A stretch of 58,456 nt of DNA, the filler included, from Bipalium vagum (lineage: Eukaryota): NCBI GenBank assembly GCA_037834085.1. It is 3 parts of 3 records of this genome, joined end to end, with 100 filler letters (N's around TTAATTAATTAA, not from the genome) between each part and the next. Parts side by side here need not be neighbours in the genome. Positions count along the whole stretch, not along the records: positions 40,835 to 58,456 come from JBBMKC010058534.1; 2 more parts are not named here. One strand, given 5' to 3'. The notes under the pieces were generated by a model that saw only the letters and a list, made by a program, of their open reading frames with translations, had not been told where the DNA came from and ran no database searches. Below are positions 51,000 through 58,456 of the stretch, piece after piece. How positions within the stretch are numbered: the first letter of the stretch is position 1; every line of letters starts with the position of its first letter. The position numbers and the translations under genes are program-made.

Positions 51000-51510
51000 C
51001 ATGAATGATTTCCGCCTGAAAAAAAATAAATAATAATATTATTATTATTATCAGAGACAAACAAATACTTGATAGAATTTTCATAAACATAGCTCGATTT
51101 TAGTAATCGTTTCATTTTTTAAATTTTGGTTTGGATACTGAATCAGAAGATCCACTTTAAAAATAGGTTGATAACGAGGAATTGAAGATATTAATGAGCC
51201 ACTTTAACTAAAGTATTACCTGCGATAATTAATAATTTAATATATTGTTATTATGTGTTTACATAGGAAAATTCAGTTTTTATAAACTATCCATTAAATA
51301 ACCTATTATTTGATATCTTATATAATTATTATCATATCCATATTTCATTTCCGCCTTGGAGCAAATTAATAATAATAATAATTATTATTATTATTATTAC
51401 TATTTTGAAACATATTTTATGGGATTTTCACGAAAACAGTTATATTTTAGTAATCGTTTTGTTATTTGAAATTCTGACTTGAATACTGAATCACAAGAAG
51501 AACTTTAGTA
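51000..51510. repeat. Old two-copy direct duplication (~350-bp period)
   Basis: atttccgcct...aattttca..aa.a.ag....attttagtaatcgttt...atactgaatca.aaga...acttta occurs at ~51008-51158 and ~51347-51508. Confidence 0.7.
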
Positions 51511-52234
51511 TTAGGTTGTGTTTTATGAAGTATCTGATTGCTAGATAAATAGAAAAAAACAATGAAACATGTATAATACTTTTTTTAATCAATGAAATAG
51601 TCATCATTGAATTCAACACATTTATGCTAACGAATTACCAAGTTTTGTATACCATCTATGTAAAATCTGTTTTTCTAGTTATGAAGTCGGAGAAACTTAT
51701 TTCGATACCTTTCTATTTGAAACATTTTTCTGGCCAGAAAAGTATGGAAATCTTAAAGAAATAATAATCCGTATGTAACAGGTCTGAGGAATACTGTGGA
51801 TGCTGTTCACTTTCTATCCCTAATAAGTGAGCTTCTTCTTATGCAACAGTATTAATCTTTTCATGTTGACCACTAAAGACTGCTGAATTAATTTTTGTTG
51901 CATTATTTCTGATTGGAACAGTACTTGTCCGCTATGATAGTCTCACCAGGATCTATCATTGAAAAATGTATAACACCAGCCATGGATCTAAATGGTTTAA
52001 TGTTTTAAACAGCTTCCTAAGCTGTCCTCGTAATTTCTATTCGTAAGTAAATTGTAGTAATTTCTTTGCCTGTCAGTTTGTGCGTCAATCCTGACATTTT
52101 CTAAGAATTTATTGGATTATTTTAAAAATATGAAAATATCATTATAATTTATTTCTGCAGCGTTACTATAAAATATTGTAAAAAAAATTAAAAATTAACT
52201 ATTGAAATCGGACATTTCATTTGACACAACCTAA
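51511..52234 (-). mobile_element. Non-autonomous mariner (724 bp) with both TIRs and TA target duplication
   Basis: TA|ttaggttgtgttttatgaagtatctgatt ... aatcggacatttcatttgacacaacctaa|TA. Internal minus-strand AGVIHFSMIDPGETIIADKYC...LILLH...HPQYSSDLLHTDYYFFK. Confidence 0.9.
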
Positions 52235-52508
52235 TATAATGATTATGTTGCATTGTTACAATGTTATTTTGACTTGCTAAACTAACTACACTAACTTTTA
52301 AATGAAATATTATACCAACAGGTATAGGAACTAACATATTAAGAAATTAAATTATAATTTAACTTTTCCGGTTAATAATATATTATCTTGAATTTGAACT
52401 ATGAATATTATTAAATAATATTATTAAAATAATATTCAGAGACTATAAAATATTATGAAAATAACATGTTAACAATTATATATCACTTATTTCATATTTT
52501 ATTTTAAG

Positions 52509-53172
52509 GTAAACCAATACAGTGTTGGATACCTCAAGAATTTACTAGGGGTTGGGAAGAATATGCCGAAAGTTATTGTTGGATATCAGATACATATTTT
52601 CATCCGGTAAATAAACGTTTACCAAAATTGCTCTATCGAGAAGAAATAAAAATAAGTTACTATCAATGGGCATCCATAATGTTAGCAATTCAAGCTTTAT
52701 TATTTTGTATCCCGTGTATACTTTGGCGTTTGCTAATTCTGCAATCTGGGTTCAATCTTCAAAGAATTATGCAAGTTGCAAAAGAAGCAAATTCAATAGT
52801 TCCTGATCATCTTCATAAAAGTATTAAATTTATAGCTATCCATATGGACAAGTGTTTACGAAGGAAGAAAATTTATGGTACAGGATTTAAAGCAAAATTA
52901 AAACGAATGTGTTACTATATTAACGGTGGGTGCTGTGCACGAAATTCCGGGAATTATCTTGGACTTCTTTACATCACAATAAAGTTGCTCTATTTGCTCA
53001 ACATTATTGGACAACTTTTTTTGATGCAAAAATTTATTGGGACAACCTATGCATTTTATGGAATTCAGGTACTCTATGATCTTATAAAGGGAAATGAATG
53101 GCCATGTACTGGGCATTTTCCAAGAGTCACATTTTGTGATTTTGAAGCAAAGAAATTAGGAAAAAATCATTT
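52509..53172 (+). CDS. inx: Innexin, middle exon (EL1, TM2, TM3, start of EL2)
   Basis: Acceptor attttaAG (52508). (S)KPIQCWIPQEFTRGWEEYAESYCW, the YYQW signature and FPRVTFCDF. Donor TT|GTAAGT at 53172/53173. Phases match both neighbouring exons. Confidence 0.95.
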
Positions 53173-53484
53173 GTAAGTCTATGAAAATTCTTGACCTCAA
53201 CCATTAATCTAAACATGGCATGATTTTGTTTTTCTAAGTCAAAAATCTTTTTTTTTCTTTATTATTATTATCCTCTCTTTGGATGTATTTTCACAATCAA
53301 AGTTATCCTTTTCTATTATATAAGTTGTGTGAAAAGTATTTAATTTTCTTATTAATAGAATTTTTTCTGAAAAATCTTTAATAAAATAGTCAATAGTTTA
53401 AATGTATATCTGTTAAATTTGAAAGAGATCTATAAATTGAATATTGTTAATGTTAAAATGTTAATTTGTTTACATTATTAGAAT

Positions 53485-54240
53485 GCAAAATGTTAAAACA
53501 TCGTGTAGTTATTAATTACCCGTTAAAGAAAGGATTAACAGGGAATGAAATTCATGAGTAAATGGGCTCTTGCATATACCACAGAATAGTATAAAAAAGT
53601 GGTCGTAAATCGATTGAAAATTAAATGTTATATTATATTAAATTCTCAAAGCAATATATTTTTTAAATATTTGTATATTAAAATTATTTATTTCTTTAAA
53701 TTTATATGATCTTACCAATTTATTTTTGTAAATAAGTCAGAATGATTAGTTTTTATCTTTTTAAAGTAAAATTCTCTTATATGATTTCAGCGATGGTCTT
53801 GTCTATACCAAGACTGATACCAGGTCAAAACTACCATCCTCTTCAAACTCTGATTAAAAAAATTTGAATGTGTAGTGATTTCTGTTAACTGTTCTGATGA
53901 ATGCTAACAAAATGAATTTATTAAAATCATCTGTACCCACAATTCTAACAAAATCATTTAAATATGAAAACCTATGGACAAAAAATGTCCCAAAGTTCTG
54001 ACATTTCCAAGGCTATTTAGTTGTATGGTTATAGACCATAAAGGATCTTTAATGAGAATTAGCTGACCATTCACTATATTCTTCTGATTTCAATTATTGT
54101 GAATTTCATTTCCTTAAGGATTATCATTGTTTTAATAAAATAGGTGATTGTAATAGCAGATTATTTTTCATATTCTTGGAAGAATGAATATATAATAATA
54201 AAATTATTGCGCTTTATTCAATGTTTAGATTGAAAACGAT
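53485..54240 (+). mobile_element. Heavily decayed mariner remnant (innexin last intron)
   Basis: KHRVVINY.LKKGLTGNEIHE at ~53500 and DHSLYSSDF (HPPYSPDL) at ~54065. Confidence 0.5.
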
Positions 54241-55010
54241 TCTTTTAAAAAATAAAATCTCTTTACTAATGATAAATTCGTCGTTCTTATTTAAAGATTT
54301 AGAGAAGAACTAGTTTTAAATTTTATTTAATATATTAATAACAAAGTAGATTAAATGGGTATTTATGGGTACAACTAAAAATTGAAAAAAGACAATCAGC
54401 CATTAGAATTCATGAAAATCTTTTTTTACTCTTTTTGATTTCATAGATGAAATTTTAATGTTGAGTAATAAATTTGTATCAATCTAAAATTGAAATAAAA
54501 AAAGAAATTTTCTGTTAATAATATTCAATTTTTAAAATTTATTAATCTTTGCCCTTTTTAAAAATATTGTTTTAATTAACTATCAGCAAATAATTTACAA
54601 AAAGAAATTAAGTAAAAAGAAAATAATAATCATCACAATTTATTATTTATTTAAGTTTTTCATATTATTATTATTTCCCGGGAAAATGATAATCTTTCTT
54701 TGTAATCAAAGAGAAAAGTAATCAAAGTTAAAAAGTTTAATTTATACTTTTTTGATATTCTGAACCCTAAATGTTTTAATCGATTGAAATCAAAACAATT
54801 TTTTATTTCTATCATTGATTTATTTTTCAATATTGTACATGTTAAATAATGAATTTATTCGATTAAGAAACCATAAATAATTTTTAATATTATTCATTTC
54901 GGAATTTCTTTTCCACTGATATATTTTAATAATTTTAAAATTGAAAGAAATTTTTATTTTATTTTATTTTATTTAATTTTTATTTTCTTTTATTTTATTT
55001 TATATTTCAG

Positions 55011-55479
55011 ATATACACTACAATGTGTGCTGCCATTAAATATGTTTCTTGAGAAAATTTTTATTTTCCTATGGTTCTGGCACATTATCATAGGGTGCAT
55101 AACTTGCATCGGAATAATTGTTTGGTTCAATAAGTTATTAAATAAGAAGCACAAATTTCGGTTTATTAAAGAATATCTAAAATTAATGGAACTCGTTAAA
55201 AAATCAGAAGAATCATGGAGACGGCATTTTATTTTTGATTATTTAAGATCAGATGGATTGTTCATAATTCACTTGATATCGATCAATGTTGGCGATATTG
55301 TAGCAGCCGATGTCGTTTGTGAATTGTGGAATCTGTATTGCGGTCAGAGACATAATGGATGTGATATTTTCAAACAATACGATGCTACCAATCTCACTGG
55401 ATATAAGTTTATTAATGTAAAAAAGGAAGATGGAACGGAAATTGATGGAAAGATTGACACAAATGATGACATTGTATGA
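55011..55479 (+). CDS. inx: Innexin, terminal exon (EL2, TM4, C-tail)
   Basis: Long T-rich acceptor ...tatatttcAG (55010). (L)YTLQCVLPLNMFLEKIFIFLWFW...FIFDYLRSDGLFIIHLISINVGDIVAADVVCELW; TGA ends at 55479. Confidence 0.95.
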
Positions 55480-55801
55480 AACTTAATGTCTATTGCATTA
55501 CATTATAATATAAATCAGCTAATAATGTATTTTGACCACCAGTTAATGAAAACAATACTATTTTTTTAATACATGAATACTAATATTTCTAACTGCTTGT
55601 TATAACCACGTATTATTATTTATCAAAAAATAATGTCCGGAACATTTCTTTTACAATTCTATTTTTGAGTTATAAAAAAGAAAAAATTAATTCATTTAGG
55701 TCACGTTTTAAAATTTTCTTATTTACTGTTTTTTTTAAAATGATCTTAAGGATAATAATAAATATATAAATCTCAATAAGGTTATCATTGCAGTAGAACT
55801 G

Positions 55802-56678
55802 CAGGATGTCTCAAAATATATAAGCACTCATTAAAATAAATAACATAATTTAATGAAAATTCAAATTAAATTTGCACTTTTATAGAATGGAAGCATTTTC
55901 AACGTATTGTAAATATTACAGTTTATATGAAAGATATATTTATCATGAGAATGGTACATGGAGAAATGAAGAGGTTATGTACATTTTCCAAAATAAATTG
56001 TTTTGAGTTACGAGGCCAGTTTTAAATTAAATTGTTCCACCAATCGCCATAATTTTACCTTTTGGGCTACTCAAAATCCACACATTACCCATCAACGTAG
56101 CGTCAACTTAGTTGGAGTGACAGTGTGGTGCATCCCTTCAAATTATCGAGTACTTGAACCTTTTCCCTCGACACTACAGTGATGGTTAAAAATTACCTAA
56201 ATCTCTTTCAAGAATTTATTATGCCAACAATTAAAGATTTTGGAAATAATAATTTTATTATTAATAATTAATTATTTTTATTATCATGTGAAGTGAGAGA
56301 AGAGGTTTAAAGAGATTTCTTTCTCGATCACCAAATCTAACGTCAGTAGAAATTTTTCTTCTAGGGTCATATAAAGGACAAAGTCTATAGCATATCATCG
56401 GTCTTTATTGAAAAACTAGAAGCTGTCTTAATAAATGTGCCAAAATTCCAAAAGAAATGGTTATGGAACTTTACCTTTAATTCAATTCCCGACATCAACA
56501 ATTTAAGCACACGCGTTAACAAATTATTGCGCATTAATACTACAGACTGAACTGCACATACTTTTTGTGGTGTCTATCATATTGTTATATATTAAAAGTA
56601 CAAAATAAATAATTATCTTGACAAAACAATGTAAGTTATTTATTTTTAAAAAGTGATCATATTTTTTGAGAAACCCTG
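55802..56678 (+). mobile_element. DD41D-type Tc1/mariner element, internally deleted
   Basis: TIRs caggatgtctcaaaatatataagcact and (reverse complement) cagggtttctcaaaaaatatgatcact. Motifs NRHNFTFWATQNPH, GVTVWC, RSPNLT and GHIKDKVY. Confidence 0.8.
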
Positions 56679-57139
56679 AAATATTTAGATTTAGAATGAT
56701 AAACTTTGTATATGGTTTTTATCTTATTGGGTCTCTACTTACCTGGCCCAAAATAAGTATAAGTTTCACTTGAATTAAATATTAAAATTTCTTATAGGTT
56801 GCAAAAGGTTTCGGATCAATGAGATAATATATTTAAAAAAGTATGAGTATAAGAAAGTATAAGAAATTTTAAAGTAACAAAAGGTGCTAATTTTAAAATA
56901 TAAAAATTCGGTAACTAAAAATAACTAAGTAAAAGTCAACTTTCTGTTACTATATTTAGTACCCACGAAATATGAAAATAATAAAAATAGTAAAATAAAA
57001 TTGCTACAAGAAATATGCTAAAACTACCTCATAACATTGTAATGTTATTGTTAAATATATTGTCGTACCTCGTGCTTCTGTAGTAGTTGTATTTTGTTCT
57101 TAATGTCATCGGGAGGTTAGATTTAGGAAAACACCCGTA

Positions 57140-57900
57140 ATAATATTTCGAGTGCGGCCCAAAATTTAATTTTAATTTATCAATTTCAAATTCTTTTCTG
57201 CTTGTTTTACTGACAAATATTTCTTGTGTAAAACGATTATATTAGTCTGTATCAACAAATAGAATCTGATTTTTTCATTCACTTCAAGCCGTATTAGAAA
57301 ATACTGCTTTGAAAGGGTATAAAATCCTAGGATTATGGCCTTTCTGAAAAAATCAATACCGTCGTTTTATAAAAAATTATGGCCATAGGTTGTTATTCGT
57401 TAGAATAATATTTAAATCATAAAATATATAAGAATATACATGCCTTCTACAATATGATGAGTTGTACCAGTCTCGTTTGATTTTATCACCCTTTAATTTC
57501 TCTCCTATGAGGGTATTTGACTCAAATTACTAAAGGATCAAGATGATTATAATTTTCCCTTCAATTGTCAAGTTTGATTATCAAAATAAATAAATGAATG
57601 ATAGTAATCATATTTGAACTATAAAGTTGAGATTTTCTCATAACTGTTTTCATTGATTATTATAAATTATTTAGTTAATTTTGACAGCTTTTAATTTTGC
57701 ATTCAGATATTTTTTGCTAAATATATCTTCTGACTGGATCAATTCTTTTTCTTTTGTAGAATCTCTTAAATCTCGCTAACGTGCATAAATTATTCTTTCA
57801 ACTTAAAATATTTAGTCAACCCCATCTTCGAAATGTGTAACTTTCTGCTGACTTTGTAATCGATAGTTCTAGAATATTTCAAGAAAATTTTATTTTCCTT
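57140..57900 (-). mobile_element. Possible hAT (Charlie/GTF2IRD2-like) C-terminal remnant
   Basis: Degenerate FS..K...S..L.D...L...KQ pattern on the minus strand, plus a subterminal tgcggccc motif at ~57153. Confidence 0.35.
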
Positions 57901-58385
57901 TGAAAAATGGTTTTTATTTATATTATTAAATTACAAACAATTTTTGACGTTACTAATTTCAGATTTAGTATAAAGTTTATTCTAAGGTTTTCTATAAATA
58001 GTAACCATGTTTTATTTTTTATAAATTTTGTTTATTATAATTAACTTTATGTTACTAATGTATTTTACAAAGTATTTACAGTTAGTCGCAAAATGACTGT
58101 TTGATTACTAAAATTATTATTATAATTCATATATTTTATTTTATTTTTTTTTTTTGCAAATAAAATAAAACTATATTTATTGCATCAAAAAAAAAGAATC
58201 TACAATATTTTCATGCACACAAAAGTAAAGAGTTCACAAATTGATAATACTGTATTTTGTACAGCTTGAGAATCTACACAGCATAAATCCATGAAGCAAA
58301 CAATTTATACTTAAGATTTTTAGTCATTTCCTCGATTTTTAACTTGTTCATTATATCTTATCTTGAATTCTATAAGTTGAATTTC

Positions 58386-58386
<1 letters not shown>

Positions 58387-58456
<70 letters not shown>
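58387..58456. repeat. (AAT)n microsatellite
   Basis: Direct reading. Confidence 0.95.

Noticed and set aside
1-58456. CRISPR arrays, operons, rRNA or tRNA genes
   Set aside because: Spliceosomal gene structure shows this is eukaryotic nuclear DNA. I saw no regularly spaced repeat-spacer arrays and no recognisable structural RNA genes.

Overview
Very AT-rich eukaryotic genomic DNA, most consistent with a flatworm such as a planarian; this taxonomy is inferred from composition, the (AAT)n microsatellites and the style of the innexin and 5-HT receptor. It consists of three contigs joined by two artificial 100-nt spacers (N44-TTAATTAATTAA-N44, at 17683-17782 and 40735-40834). Four host genes are visible. 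(1) The terminal exon of a LIV-1/SLC39A (ZIP) metal transporter, + 153-281, too short for the ORF track. (2) A convergent terminal TM6-TM7 exon of a peptide-type rhodopsin GPCR, - 1704-1985. (3) A 5-HT7-like serotonin receptor, + 33385-34419, covering TM1-TM6, with a predicted signal peptide, a candidate upstream ATG micro-exon and uORF, and no TM7 exon found in the window. (4) An innexin with three identifiable exons, + 44767-45027, 52509-53172 and 55011-55479, whose expected start position reads ATA. The rest is introns and intergenic DNA full of decayed DNA transposons (mariner, Tc1, DD41D-type, pogo, hAT-like, Chapaev-like), MITEs, a candidate solo LTR and a LINE relic. I found no rRNA, tRNA or CRISPR. 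All family calls come from motif recognition by eye; no searches were run.
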